DNA of 64,000 bases from an uncultured SAR86 cluster bacterium (GTDB lineage Bacteria; Pseudomonadota; Gammaproteobacteria; Magnimaribacterales; D2472). Under the pieces are notes generated by a model. It had not been told where the DNA came from, searched no databases, and worked only from the letters and a program-made list of their open reading frames with translations. Position numbers and translations under genes: made by a program. Numbering within the stretch: position 1 is the first letter of the stretch; each line of letters begins with the position of its first letter. This document shows, piece after piece, positions 40,748 to 50,176 of the stretch. The stretch lies in the NCBI GenBank assembly GCA_902594005.1, contig CACJKN010000001.1, positions 111,083 through 175,082 on the forward strand, given 5' to 3'.

Positions 40748-41296
40748 ATGAAAGCTAATAAATCCGATAACAACTTAATATGGGTTGACCTTGAAATGAC
40801 AGGCCTAGACCCTGAGAAAGAAAAGATAATTGAAATAGCTACGATAATCACTGACTCAGATTTAAACATTATTGCCGAAGGCCCTAATATAGCTATTCAT
40901 CAAAGCAATGAGTTGCTTGAAAATATGGATGAATGGAACGTAAACCAACATACTTCATCTGGTCTCATAGACGCAGTTAAAACAAGCATAATTAGTGACA
41001 AGGAAGCTGAGCTAGAGACTTTAGATTTTATCTCAAAATATGTGCCAGCAAGAAAATCTCCAATGTGCGGAAATACTGTTTCTCATGACAGAAGATTTCT
41101 TAGCAAATATATGCCCGAGCTAGAGAACTACTTTCACTATAGGCACATAGATGTTTCTTCGGTAAAAGAATTAATTGTTAGATGGATGAATCAGGCGCAG
41201 TCATATCAGAAAAATAGTAACCATAGAGCCTTAGATGATATTAAGGACTCAATCAACGAATTAAAGCACTACAAGAAACTTCTTTTTGAAGAGTAA
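40748..41296 (+). CDS. orn: Oligoribonuclease
   Basis: DEDDh exonuclease ([13 protein letters not shown]..., HRALDDI). It is a divergent neighbour of rsgA, as in E. coli. Confidence 0.93.
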   Translation: MKANKSDNNLIWVDLEMTGLDPEKEKIIEIATIITDSDLNIIAEGPNIAIHQSNELLENMDEWNVNQHTSSGLIDAVKTSIISDKEAELETLDFISKYVPARKSPMCGNTVSHDRRFLSKYMPELENYFHYRHIDVSSVKELIVRWMNQAQSYQKNSNHRALDDIKDSINELKHYKKLLFEE

Positions 41297-41301
41297 GAAT
41301 T

Positions 41302-41628
41302 TTAGTCAGTTTTTTTTGCGGGCTGAATGTTGAGAGGAAAAGGACTGACCTGGCTGGACGTTTTCTTAATTTTAGCTTCTCCTGACTCAATCACCTCATC
41401 AATCCTTTGAATAGCTCCAATTGGAATATAGCTTCTTTTAACCTTATTAAATTCTGTTTTAAGTTTTTCTGAACTAGGATCAACGACAAGCTGATCATCA
41501 TTGGTAAATATGAACTCTTCAACCTCCAGGAAGCCATACATATCGCTTTGAAAAATCTGTTTTGCAAAGATTTCATAGATTTCTCCAAGCTGAATAAATA
41601 TAATCTTATAAATTTTTTTGTCCTTCAT
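41302..41628 (-). CDS. DUF1820-like small conserved protein
   Basis: 108 aa. The IYKIIFIQLGEIYEIFAKQIFQSDMYGFLEVEEFIF pattern matches, from memory, the small protein upstream of miaB in pseudomonads. Confidence 0.6.
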   Translation of the reverse strand: MKDKKIYKIIFIQLGEIYEIFAKQIFQSDMYGFLEVEEFIFTNDDQLVVDPSSEKLKTEFNKVKRSYIPIGAIQRIDEVIESGEAKIKKTSSQVSPFPLNIQPAKKTD

Positions 41629-41695
41629 ATAAATTATGCATGTCTTAAAAGTTATTTTAAAACACTTGAGGTCAGAAATGATAGATAATTAGTAT

Positions 41696-43021
41696 ATGAA
41701 AAAGAAGCTTTTCGTTAAAACTCATGGTTGTCAGATGAATGAATATGATTCTGCAAAAATGATTGATCTTCTCCAAGAGAAAGAAGACTTTGAGTTAGCT
41801 GAATCTGAAGAGCAGGCCGATCTATTAATTTTGAACACATGCTCAATAAGAGAAAAAGCTCAAGAAAGAGTTTTTCATCAGATTGGGAGATGGAGAAAAA
41901 TAAAAGAAAAAAATCCTGATTTAAAAATTGCTATAGGGGGCTGTGTAGCCTCTCAGGAAGGGGAGAAAATTATTAAACGCGCACCATCAGTTGATATAGT
42001 TTTTGGACCACAAACACTTCACAAACTTCCCGGTCTTTATAATGAAAAAGAGAGGAGTAATGAAAATCAGATTGATATCTCATTTCCAAAATTAGAAAAG
42101 TTTGATCATCTTGCATCTCCAAAAGCCGAGGGCCCATCAGTTTTTGTATCAATAATGGAGGGGTGCAATAAGTACTGCTCATTTTGTGTTGTACCAAAGA
42201 CAAGAGGTCACGAAGTCTCAAGAGATTTTAAAGACATTTTAAATGAGGTTTCTAAACTAGCAGATCAAGGAGCCAGAGAGATACATTTCCTTGGACAAAA
42301 TGTTAATAATTTTAAAGGTATGCACAACGGAGCGAAATCCTCACTTGCAAAGTTAATAGAAGAAGCAGCTAAAATTGAGAATATTGAAAGGATAAGATTT
42401 ACCACAAGCCATCCACATGAATTTAAAGAAGACTTAGTTGAGGTTTATGGCAAGGTTCCTGAGTTAGTTAGTCATGTTCATTTACCAATCCAGAGCGGAT
42501 CAGATAGAATCTTAAAATTAATGAGAAGAAGATACAATGTTGATAAATACATGGATCTAATTAGTCGCATTAAATCTGTAAGACCTGAAATGAGTTTCTC
42601 ATCTGATTTTATTGTTGGCTTCCCAGGTGAAACAAAGGAAGACTTCAAAGATACTATGGATGTTATTAATGAAGTCCAATTTGATGAATCTTTTAGTTTT
42701 ATCTACAGTCCTAGACCAAATACCACTGCTGCAGATATGTCAGATGATGTTTCTAGAGAAGAAAAAAAAGAACGCCTCTCAATTTTACAGACAAGACTTA
42801 GCCAGCTTTCATTTGGCTATAGCAGAAAAAAGGTTGGATCAATCCAAAATTGTCTTGTAATGGGTCAATCAAAAAGAGATCCTGGACAGCTCCAAGCAAG
42901 GACGATATGTAACCGGGTTGTAAATTTTTCTGCAAATAATGTTGATTTAATTGGACAATTAATTAATATTCAAATTATAGATGCTTTACCACACTGCCTT
43001 AGAGGGACTCTTCATAATTAA
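41696..43021 (+). CDS. miaB: tRNA-i6A37 methylthiotransferase
   Basis: UPF0004 N-terminus (THGCQMNEYDS), radical-SAM CNKYCSFC, and a TRAM C-terminus. Confidence 0.94.
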   Translation: MKKKLFVKTHGCQMNEYDSAKMIDLLQEKEDFELAESEEQADLLILNTCSIREKAQERVFHQIGRWRKIKEKNPDLKIAIGGCVASQEGEKIIKRAPSVDIVFGPQTLHKLPGLYNEKERSNENQIDISFPKLEKFDHLASPKAEGPSVFVSIMEGCNKYCSFCVVPKTRGHEVSRDFKDILNEVSKLADQGAREIHFLGQNVNNFKGMHNGAKSSLAKLIEEAAKIENIERIRFTTSHPHEFKEDLVEVYGKVPELVSHVHLPIQSGSDRILKLMRRRYNVDKYMDLISRIKSVRPEMSFSSDFIVGFPGETKEDFKDTMDVINEVQFDESFSFIYSPRPNTTAADMSDDVSREEKKERLSILQTRLSQLSFGYSRKKVGSIQNCLVMGQSKRDPGQLQARTICNRVVNFSANNVDLIGQLINIQIIDALPHCLRGTLHN

Positions 43022-43983
43022 TGCCTGATAAAGAGAGCCCGAAAAATCTTATTCTTTCTCCACCAGATGCAAATGTCTTGGTGAGATTTGTTGGTGAGTT
43101 AAATGGAAACATAAAGTTTATTGAGAAGTCTTTTAAAGTTAAAGTTTTCCAAAACGGAAATAAATTGAAGATAACTGGGCACGATGAAGATGTTAAATTA
43201 GCATCAGATGCGCTTAAGAAGCTTTATGAAGCTGCTGGTAAGGGAGCTGAAATCACTAAAGAGACTCTTCATCTTTGCATACAAGAAGTCAAGGAAGATT
43301 CCTCCAGTCAAGACTATGAAGACATAATAATTAAGACTCCAAAGAAAACTATTAAACCCAGATCAATTAATCAATCAAAATACATTCAAAGCATTAAACA
43401 TAATGAAATTAATTTTGGAATTGGGCCTGCAGGAACAGGAAAGACTTTTCTTGCCATGGCATTAGCTATTGAGTTTCTTCTTGATAAGAAAGTTGAAAAG
43501 ATTGTGTTAATTAGGCCAGCAGTTGAAGCAGGCGAGAAGTTAGGATTTTTACCTGGTGACCTTTCTCAAAAAGTAGATCCATATCTAAGACCTCTTTATG
43601 ATGCAATGTATCAAATGATAGGTTTTGAAAAATCAGAGAGGTTAATGAATAGAGAGATTATAGAGATAGCACCTCTTGCATACATGCGAGGGAGGACTCT
43701 TAATAACTCTTTTATTATTATGGATGAAAGTCAGAATACAACCACAGAACAAATGAAAATGTTTCTTACCAGAATGGGTTTTGGCTCTTATGCAGTCATT
43801 AATGGCGATCTAACACAAATAGATCTTCCAAAGAATATATATTCTGGGCTTAAAGATGCTGTTGACCTCCTAGATGGAACAGATGGAATAGGTTTTACGA
43901 GATTTAACTCAAAAGATGTGGTTCGACATCCTTTAGTAAAGAAAATAGTAGATGCATACGATAAAAGGTTAGAAGAAAATTGA
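43021..43983 (+). CDS. ybeZ: PhoH-like ATPase YbeZ
   Basis: Walker A GPAGTGKTFLAMA and IIMDESQN. miaB-ybeZ-ybeY-corC-lnt order. Confidence 0.9.
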   Translation: MPDKESPKNLILSPPDANVLVRFVGELNGNIKFIEKSFKVKVFQNGNKLKITGHDEDVKLASDALKKLYEAAGKGAEITKETLHLCIQEVKEDSSSQDYEDIIIKTPKKTIKPRSINQSKYIQSIKHNEINFGIGPAGTGKTFLAMALAIEFLLDKKVEKIVLIRPAVEAGEKLGFLPGDLSQKVDPYLRPLYDAMYQMIGFEKSERLMNREIIEIAPLAYMRGRTLNNSFIIMDESQNTTTEQMKMFLTRMGFGSYAVINGDLTQIDLPKNIYSGLKDAVDLLDGTDGIGFTRFNSKDVVRHPLVKKIVDAYDKRLEEN

Positions 43984-44429
43984 GCCTAAACATTTCCGAC
44001 CCAAATAAATTTTTATCTAATAGTCAGCTTCAAGCTATGAAAGAAGTTGCTGACATAGTCTTTTGTGAGAGAGAAAAAACAAATAAGAAAATAAATGTAA
44101 AGATTGTTTGCAATACAGAAATGCAAGAGCTGAATAAGACATTTAGAAATAAAGATAAAAATACTAATGTGCTTGCATTTGTAAACGATGATGAGTCCAA
44201 AGAACAGACTCAAGAATTTGGGGATATTGCAATATGTTATCCTTATCTTGAAAAAGAGGCAGCATCGCAAGGAAAAAGTATTAACGATCACATTAGTCAT
44301 ATGCTCATTCATGGGATTCTTCATATTTTTGGTCATGACCATACTAAAACGACACAAAGAAAAGATATGGAAAAAGAAGAGATAAGAATCTTAAAAAAAC
44401 TAAAAATAGGCGACCCTTATTTAATATGA
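43980..44429 (+). CDS. ybeY: rRNA maturation endoribonuclease YbeY
   Basis: Zn motif HGILHIFGHDH. Confidence 0.92.
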   Translation: MSLNISDPNKFLSNSQLQAMKEVADIVFCEREKTNKKINVKIVCNTEMQELNKTFRNKDKNTNVLAFVNDDESKEQTQEFGDIAICYPYLEKEAASQGKSINDHISHMLIHGILHIFGHDHTKTTQRKDMEKEEIRILKKLKIGDPYLI

Positions 44430-45271
44430 ATAAAATAATAAAAAATAAGGAAGATGCGCCCTCCTCTTTTTATCAAAGGTTCCGAGCTTTTGTAAGAAAT
44501 ATTCTTTTTATCAAACCAAAAAATATAGAAGATGTTACAGAGGTTCTAGAAAGCTCTCTATCATCAGATATTATTGATGAGGTTGCATTCTCTATTGCTG
44601 AAAATGCAATTAAATTAAGAGCAACCTCCGTTAAGGAAATAATGATTCCAAAAGTTGAAATGGTAAATATCTACATTGATGATTCATCTGAGAAACTTCT
44701 TGAGACTGTAATTGAATCTGGCCATTCAAGATATCCAGTCATAAATGAAAAAAAGAAGAAGGTGGAAGGAATCCTTTTAGCAAAAGACCTATTGCCACTT
44801 CTGTCTATAAATGAAGAGGTAAATTTAGATTCAATAATGAGAGATGCAAAAGTTGTACCTGAGACAAAACGCGCGGATTCACTTCTTGAAGAATTTAAAA
44901 AAGATAAGTCACATTTAGCTGTTGTAATTGATGAATATGGAGAAATATGCGGCTTGGTAACTATCGAAGATATTTTAGAGGAATTAGTTGGTGAAATAGA
45001 AGATGAGCACGATATCGATGACCTTGATCTCATTCAGGTATCAGAAAAGGAGTTCATTGCCGATGCAAAGATCGAAATAGATGAATTCGAAGAAAAATTT
45101 GAGATTAATTTAAATGAAAGCTCAGTTGAGACTTTGGGCGGATATATGACCAAAAAATTAGGAATACTTCCAAAAGTTGGCGATAAAATTATTGTTGAAT
45201 CAATTGAGCTAGTCGTCACAGCTGCAGATAAACGTCGAATTAAAAAAATTGGCATCTCAATTATTACTTAG
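44426..45271 (+). CDS. corC: CBS-pair / CorC-HlyC domain magnesium-cobalt efflux-associated protein
   Basis: Two CBS repeats plus a transporter-associated C-terminal domain. Synteny with ybeY and lnt. Confidence 0.85.
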   Translation: MNKIIKNKEDAPSSFYQRFRAFVRNILFIKPKNIEDVTEVLESSLSSDIIDEVAFSIAENAIKLRATSVKEIMIPKVEMVNIYIDDSSEKLLETVIESGHSRYPVINEKKKKVEGILLAKDLLPLLSINEEVNLDSIMRDAKVVPETKRADSLLEEFKKDKSHLAVVIDEYGEICGLVTIEDILEELVGEIEDEHDIDDLDLIQVSEKEFIADAKIEIDEFEEKFEINLNESSVETLGGYMTKKLGILPKVGDKIIVESIELVVTAADKRRIKKIGISIIT

Positions 45272-46706
45272 TCTGAGAAAATACTTTGAGCCAGTATTGT
45301 TCGGCTCAATTGGAGTATTATCTTTTGCACCTTTTTCATTTAAATACGCGCTAGTTGTAAGTTACACCTATCTAATCTATAAACTATTTAGATCAAATGA
45401 TAATAGGAATTTAAATAACCTATTTCTATGGTCGTTTGGGTATTGGACAATTGGAACATCATGGATAATAGTAAGTATTTACTATTACGGAAATGTAAGT
45501 TTATTAGGATCAATTTTACTATTCTTAATATTATCAATTGGCTGCATCATATTCTTTTTTCTACCAATTCTATTGTTAAAAAGAGTTATTATTAACAAAT
45601 CAAATAACCTCCTTTTGTTCGTGCCTTTCATACTAATTTCAGTTGAATTCGGTAGGTATTACTTTTTTGGGGGATTCCCGTGGCTATTGCCAGGATACAT
45701 TTTTTTAGATACCCCTTTTGAAATCTTATATGGTTTGATCGGCGTTTCAGGTTTATCTCTTTTGCTATATATTTTTGTAGCTTCAAATGTAGTTTTATAT
45801 TCAAACAAAACTTATTTATTAGCGCTTAACTTATTCTTATTCATTGGCCTTATGTCACCAAATATTTTTGAAAGCAATAAAAGTGATGGAGATATTGTTA
45901 ATTTAGCAATCATTCAGCCATCCACAGATCCTTTTAAGAAATTTGATAATGACTATCTAAATGACATTGAACAGGAATTTGTAAGTTTATCTTCTCAAGC
46001 TGCAGAAAAAGCTGATATTTTGGTTTGGCCCGAAGCTCCATTACCCTATACTTCAGAATCTGCAAGAAGCCAAAATTTAATTAAAAACATAGAAAAGCCA
46101 TTGATTAGCGGGTTTTTTAGTTATCAGGATGGAAATTTATACAATTCAATAATAAATTCGGAGCAAGAAATAAAATATAACAAAAGAAAACTTGTACCAT
46201 TTGGTGAATATATTCCATTTGAAAGCTTTTTAAGGGGATTAATTTCATTCTTTGATATGCCCATGTCAAATATGACAAGGGGTAATAGTCCGAAACAGAT
46301 GAATGTAGGATATGGAAGCTTTTCACCTCTTGTTTGCTTTGATATAGTCTTTGGTGAAATGGTAAGAAAAGACGTCAAAAGTTCTAATTATCTTATTAAC
46401 GTCAGTAATGATACCTGGTTCGGTAATTCTTTTGGCCCTTATCAGCATCTTGAGATATCAAGAATAAGATCTATAGAAAATAATATTCCAATTGTTAGAG
46501 CCACAAATGACGGCATATCAGCGCTTATAGATAGTAAAGGGACAATTGTTGATTATATGGGTAAAGGAACTTCAGGCATACTCCATGTTAAGCTTGTACC
46601 CACAGATGTACGCACGTTTTATAATAAGTATGGCAACTTACTCCTTTATTTATATCTTTTAATAGTTTCAATCAAAATATTTTTTGTTAGAATGAAGAAT
46701 GCGTAA
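45249..46706 (+). CDS. lnt: Apolipoprotein N-acyltransferase
   Basis: Polytopic N-terminus plus a CN-hydrolase domain with LVWPEAP, KRKLVPFGEYIP and SPLVCFD (the E-K-C triad). TTG start overlapping the corC end. Confidence 0.88.
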   Translation: MASQLLLSLRKYFEPVLFGSIGVLSFAPFSFKYALVVSYTYLIYKLFRSNDNRNLNNLFLWSFGYWTIGTSWIIVSIYYYGNVSLLGSILLFLILSIGCIIFFFLPILLLKRVIINKSNNLLLFVPFILISVEFGRYYFFGGFPWLLPGYIFLDTPFEILYGLIGVSGLSLLLYIFVASNVVLYSNKTYLLALNLFLFIGLMSPNIFESNKSDGDIVNLAIIQPSTDPFKKFDNDYLNDIEQEFVSLSSQAAEKADILVWPEAPLPYTSESARSQNLIKNIEKPLISGFFSYQDGNLYNSIINSEQEIKYNKRKLVPFGEYIPFESFLRGLISFFDMPMSNMTRGNSPKQMNVGYGSFSPLVCFDIVFGEMVRKDVKSSNYLINVSNDTWFGNSFGPYQHLEISRIRSIENNIPIVRATNDGISALIDSKGTIVDYMGKGTSGILHVKLVPTDVRTFYNKYGNLLLYLYLLIVSIKIFFVRMKNA

Positions 46707-47226
46707 GTATTTTTTATTTTTAATCGCCTTTTCTGGCCTTTCAACTGCTGAGATTCTTGTTGATATTAGCCAACAAAGACTTTTTCTTCTTGATAATAGG
46801 GGAGGTCTCGTTATTTCCTATCCTATATCTTCATCTTCATATGGAGAAGGCCAAATCGAGAATTCATATAAAACACCTCTAGGTAATCACATAATAAAAG
46901 AAAAGATTGGAACAGATGCACCTAAAAATATTATTTTTAAAGAAAGAATAAACACTGGTAAATTCGCACAAATTTACCATGATGACTATGATTCAGAAGA
47001 CGATCATGTAACCTCAAGAATACTTTGGTTAGAGGGAACCGAGGAGGGTTTCAATAAGGGTGGCAATGTAGACTCTTTTTATCGATATATCTACATTCAT
47101 GGCACTCCGGAAGAGGGTTTAATAGGTGAAAAAGCCTCTCATGGTTGCATAAGAATGTTCAACCAGGACGTAATTGAACTATTTAGCCTAGTCAAAAAAG
47201 GGACAAAAGTTAATATAGTATTATAA
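46699..47226 (+). CDS. L,D-transpeptidase (YkuD domain)
   Basis: Signal peptide and catalytic motif IHGTPEEGLIGEKASHGCIRM. Confidence 0.85.
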   Translation: MRKYFLFLIAFSGLSTAEILVDISQQRLFLLDNRGGLVISYPISSSSYGEGQIENSYKTPLGNHIIKEKIGTDAPKNIIFKERINTGKFAQIYHDDYDSEDDHVTSRILWLEGTEEGFNKGGNVDSFYRYIYIHGTPEEGLIGEKASHGCIRMFNQDVIELFSLVKKGTKVNIVL

Positions 47227-49386
47227 ATTACCAGCAACTGATGATTTATTGAAACCTGAAACAGGTTTTCTGTCTTCAGGTGCCGGCGCATCTCCAAATC
47301 TACCCTTGATTTCGTTTAGACTCCCTATTAAATCAGCTTTTTGCCAAAATTCAGGATCGTTCTTTGCAAATTCATCAATTTTGGCCGAAATCACATCAAG
47401 ACCTTCCATATTTGCATACTGCATTGGTCCTCCTCTCCAAATCGGAAAGCCATAACCGTTAATATATACAACATCCATATCTCCTGATCGTTGAGCAACT
47501 CCTTCTTCGAGAATCTTTGCTCCCTCATTAACTAGAGCCAATATGCACCTATCAATGATCTCTTGATCAGATATTTCTCTTCTTTCAAAGCCATTATCTT
47601 TAGAAACTTGTTCATATATAGCTTCATTTTCTGGAGCAGGGTGTGGAGCTCTCGAACCCTCAACATAATTATAAAAGCCCTTGCCATTTTTTTGGCCATA
47701 TCTGTCCAAGTCACATAATGCGTCATTTATTTTTGCCGTAATTGGTGATTCGGTCCCACTAAGCTTTCTAGCTCTCCATCCTAAGTCTAAACCAACAAGG
47801 TCAAGCATTCTAAATGGACCCATGCTCATGCCGAAATTCTCAAGTGCAGAATCAATTTGATGGGGCAGAGCTCCTTCTAATAGGAGTTTATTTGCTTGAG
47901 TTGTATAACCAAAGAGCATTCTATTTCCAATAAAGCCTGGAGCATTTAGAGATACAACTGGAGCCTTTTTAAGGGCCTTTCCAAGCGACATAATTGTAGC
48001 AAGTGTTTCGTTAGATGTTTTTTCACCACGCACAACTTCCAACAACCTCATAACATTTGCTGGACTAAAAAAGTGAGTACCCACTACTTTCTCAGGCCTT
48101 TTAGTACAATCTGCTAGAGCATCAACATCTAGCCCAGAAGTATTTGATGCAAGGATTGCATCATCCTTGACAGCTTGATCTAGTTTCTTAAATATCTCTA
48201 GTTTGAGATCTAAGTTTTCATATACTGCTTCAATAACAATATCAACATCAGAAATTTCTTCGTAAGAAAGACCTGATGAAATAAGACCAAAAGTTTTTTC
48301 CATTTGTTCAGTCGTCATTCTTCCTCTATCAACCATAAACTTATAATTTCTTTCTATAGCTGCTAGACCTTTTTTAAGGTTTTCTTCATCTTGATCAACA
48401 ATATGAACCGGTATGCCAATGTTTGCAAAGCACATTGCTATTCCTCCACCCATTGTTCCTGAACCAATTATTCCGGCTTTTTTAATATCCATTTTTGGTG
48501 TCTCTTTTGGAACATCATTAATTTTTGAAGCAGCTCTTTCACCAAAAAAGATATGAATCATTGCCTCTCTTTGAGGATTCAGAAGACATTCAATGAAATA
48601 TTCAGCTTCTTTTTTCATTCCTTCATCAAAATCATCTAAATTTATTGCTGCTTCCACACATTGAATGATCTTCCCGGGTGCAAATTGCCCTTTTCTGGCT
48701 TTTGCCGCAAGTGCTCTCGCTTCTGAAATTATGTTCTCATCACCTCTTGCGGCGAGCACCTTCTCATTAAGATTTCTTACTAGTGGATGTGTTTCATTCT
48801 TCTCTGCTACATCTTTAGCAAATGCAACAGCATCTTCTACTATGTCTCCTTCAGATAATGAGTCTATAACACCCATATCTACAGCTTTTAAAGCGGGTAT
48901 ATGCCTTCCTGAAAGCATTATTTTGAGGGCTTCAGCTGGACCAACTAGACGGGGGAGACGCTGAGTTCCTCCTGCACCTGGCAACAATCCTAGATTTACT
49001 TCAGGTAAGCCTATAAAACCTTGCTTTGATGAGACTCTGTAATGGCAACATAATGCTGTTTCTAATCCACCACCAAGAGCAGATCCGTTAATTGCGGCAA
49101 CAACAGGCTTTGTTGATTTTTCAATTTTTTCAAAAGCGTCATGAATAGAAGGCCCTTCTATTTGTTGGCCAAACTCGGAAATATCTGCTCCTGCAATGAA
49201 TGATCTACCTTTACCTGTAAGCACAATACCAACAACACTTTCATCAGATTCTGCTTTTTCCATACTTTCTATAAGACCATGTCTTACGCCATCACTAAGA
49301 GGATTGACTGGTGGATTATCAACCTCAAGAATTGCAATTCCATCGGTAACGCTGTAATTAATTTTTCCTTTCAAGACAAACTCCAA
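47221..49386 (-). CDS. Bifunctional enoyl-CoA hydratase / 3-hydroxyacyl-CoA dehydrogenase (FadB/FadJ-like)
   Basis: Crotonase N-terminus (AAINGSALGGGLE) and NAD-binding IIGSGTMGGGIA. The track start is the TTG at 49386. The TTG at 49374 has a better SD (GGAG 6 nt upstream). Confidence 0.9.
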   Translation of the reverse strand: MEFVLKGKINYSVTDGIAILEVDNPPVNPLSDGVRHGLIESMEKAESDESVVGIVLTGKGRSFIAGADISEFGQQIEGPSIHDAFEKIEKSTKPVVAAINGSALGGGLETALCCHYRVSSKQGFIGLPEVNLGLLPGAGGTQRLPRLVGPAEALKIMLSGRHIPALKAVDMGVIDSLSEGDIVEDAVAFAKDVAEKNETHPLVRNLNEKVLAARGDENIISEARALAAKARKGQFAPGKIIQCVEAAINLDDFDEGMKKEAEYFIECLLNPQREAMIHIFFGERAASKINDVPKETPKMDIKKAGIIGSGTMGGGIAMCFANIGIPVHIVDQDEENLKKGLAAIERNYKFMVDRGRMTTEQMEKTFGLISSGLSYEEISDVDIVIEAVYENLDLKLEIFKKLDQAVKDDAILASNTSGLDVDALADCTKRPEKVVGTHFFSPANVMRLLEVVRGEKTSNETLATIMSLGKALKKAPVVSLNAPGFIGNRMLFGYTTQANKLLLEGALPHQIDSALENFGMSMGPFRMLDLVGLDLGWRARKLSGTESPITAKINDALCDLDRYGQKNGKGFYNYVEGSRAPHPAPENEAIYEQVSKDNGFERREISDQEIIDRCILALVNEGAKILEEGVAQRSGDMDVVYINGYGFPIWRGGPMQYANMEGLDVISAKIDEFAKNDPEFWQKADLIGSLNEIKGRFGDAPAPEDRKPVSGFNKSSVAGNL

Positions 49387-49471
49387 AATTTTTTTACATT
49401 ATACCCAAAAAAAAGACCATTTATTTTATAAAAAGTATTGATAATATATTATAAACGTGCATAATATTAAC

Positions 49472-49507
49472 TTGTCAGCACTCCTCCCCCTATTTTTGGG
49501 CTGACAA
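49472..49507 (+). other. Hairpin 1: 8-bp stem TTGTCAGC/GCTGACAA with a 20-nt C-rich loop (ACTCCTCCCCCTATTTTTGG)
   Basis: Complementarity read directly from the sequence. It starts roughly where a TTGATA-17nt-(TGC)ATAATA promoter-like element (49438..49466) would initiate transcription. Function unknown. Confidence 0.4.
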
Positions 49508-49522
49508 ATCCTCTGAAAAATG

Positions 49523-49542
49523 TGGAGGGCTTAGGCCCTCCA
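49523..49542 (+). other. Hairpin 2: GC-rich stem (T)GGAGGGC-TTAG-GCCCTCC(A)
   Basis: Perfect 7-8 bp GC-rich inverted repeat in an otherwise AT-rich spacer. On the minus strand it is followed by CATTTTTC, which is terminator-like. Function unknown. Confidence 0.4.
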
Positions 49543-49560
49543 AGTCTAATAAGGAAAATA

Positions 49561-49638
49561 ATGAGAGAGAATTTAGAAGTAATTTTTTTAGCAAGTTTAT
49601 TTTTTGTTTCAGTACTTGCAATTGCACCTGTTAGCTAA
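49561..49638 (+). CDS. Putative 25-aa hydrophobic mini-protein / leader ORF (MRENLEVIFLASLFFVSVLAIAPVS)
   Basis: ATG preceded by AAGGA at a 5-nt spacing. One predicted TM helix. It stops 16 nt before the gpx ATG, which itself has no SD. Speculative. Confidence 0.3.
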   Translation: MRENLEVIFLASLFFVSVLAIAPVS

Positions 49639-49654
49639 GTTATAATCCCACACC

Positions 49655-50176
49655 ATGAAAAAACTGTTGTCCGTATTTGTTGTTCTTTTTTCAGTTACAA
49701 GTTTTGCTTGTAATTCTTTGATTGACGAAAAGCTCAGAATACTTGATTCGACTGAATCTGAAAGTCTTTGTAAATATGAGGGCGACGTTCTTTTAATAGT
49801 TAATGTGGCCAGCAAGTGTGGATATACACCTCAATACGAAGGATTACAAAAACTATATTCTGAATATGGTGATAAAGGTTTTACAGTAATAGGTATTCCA
49901 TCTCGCGATTTTATGTGGCAAGAATTTACAGATGAATCTAAAACTGCTGAATTCTGTGATGCAACTTACAATGTAACATTTCCTCTTTATGCAACTACTC
50001 GTGTTAGAGGAGATCAAGCACACCCACTTTTTAAAAAACTTTCTCGAGAATCTGGTAAGGAACCATCCTGGAATTTTAATAAATTTCTTATTTCAAAAGA
50101 GGGCAAACTAGTTGGAATGTACGATTCGAAAGTTTTACCAGCGTCATTAGCCGGCAAAATAGAAAATCTCCTCTAA
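49655..50176 (+). CDS. Glutathione peroxidase (Cys-type) with N-terminal signal peptide
   Basis: NVASKCGYTPQY (Cys codon TGT at 49817..49819) and WNFNKFLI motifs. N-terminus MKKLLSVFVVLFSVTSFAC. Confidence 0.9.
   Translation: MKKLLSVFVVLFSVTSFACNSLIDEKLRILDSTESESLCKYEGDVLLIVNVASKCGYTPQYEGLQKLYSEYGDKGFTVIGIPSRDFMWQEFTDESKTAEFCDATYNVTFPLYATTRVRGDQAHPLFKKLSRESGKEPSWNFNKFLISKEGKLVGMYDSKVLPASLAGKIENLL

Noticed and set aside
40708-40869. A 54-residue hydrophobic N-terminal extension of rsgA that would overlap the divergent orn gene by about 120 nt.
   Set aside because: RsgA is a soluble GTPase. The extension is antisense to the orn 5' end and looks like an artefact of longest-ORF calling. MEKVQIGRVVEF at 40707 is a normal OB-fold start.
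49444-49455. A perfect AT-only palindrome, ATATATTATAAA, and neighbouring ATAATATATTAT-type symmetry in the fadB-like/gpx spacer, considered as a regulator binding site.
   Set aside because: Short A/T palindromes are expected by chance in sequence this AT-rich. They do not match any operator consensus I know, unlike the Fur box at 59518..59538.
49521-49560. Possible preQ1-I-type riboswitch (a short hairpin followed by an A-rich tail and AAGG SD).
   Set aside because: The hairpin loop is only 4 nt (TTAG), so it cannot form the H-type pseudoknot with the tail. The conserved loop nucleotides are absent, and the downstream genes are unrelated to queuosine.
49609-49815. A 68-aa minus-strand ORF spanning the gpx start.
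   Set aside because: It is antisense to the well-supported gpx N-terminus. It has no SD and an odd composition ending in NRCNCKY. It is most likely spurious.
49817-49819. Whether the glutathione peroxidase is a selenoprotein (in-frame TGA plus a SECIS element).
   Set aside because: The active-site codon in VASKCGYT is TGT (Cys), and the ORF has no internal TGA.
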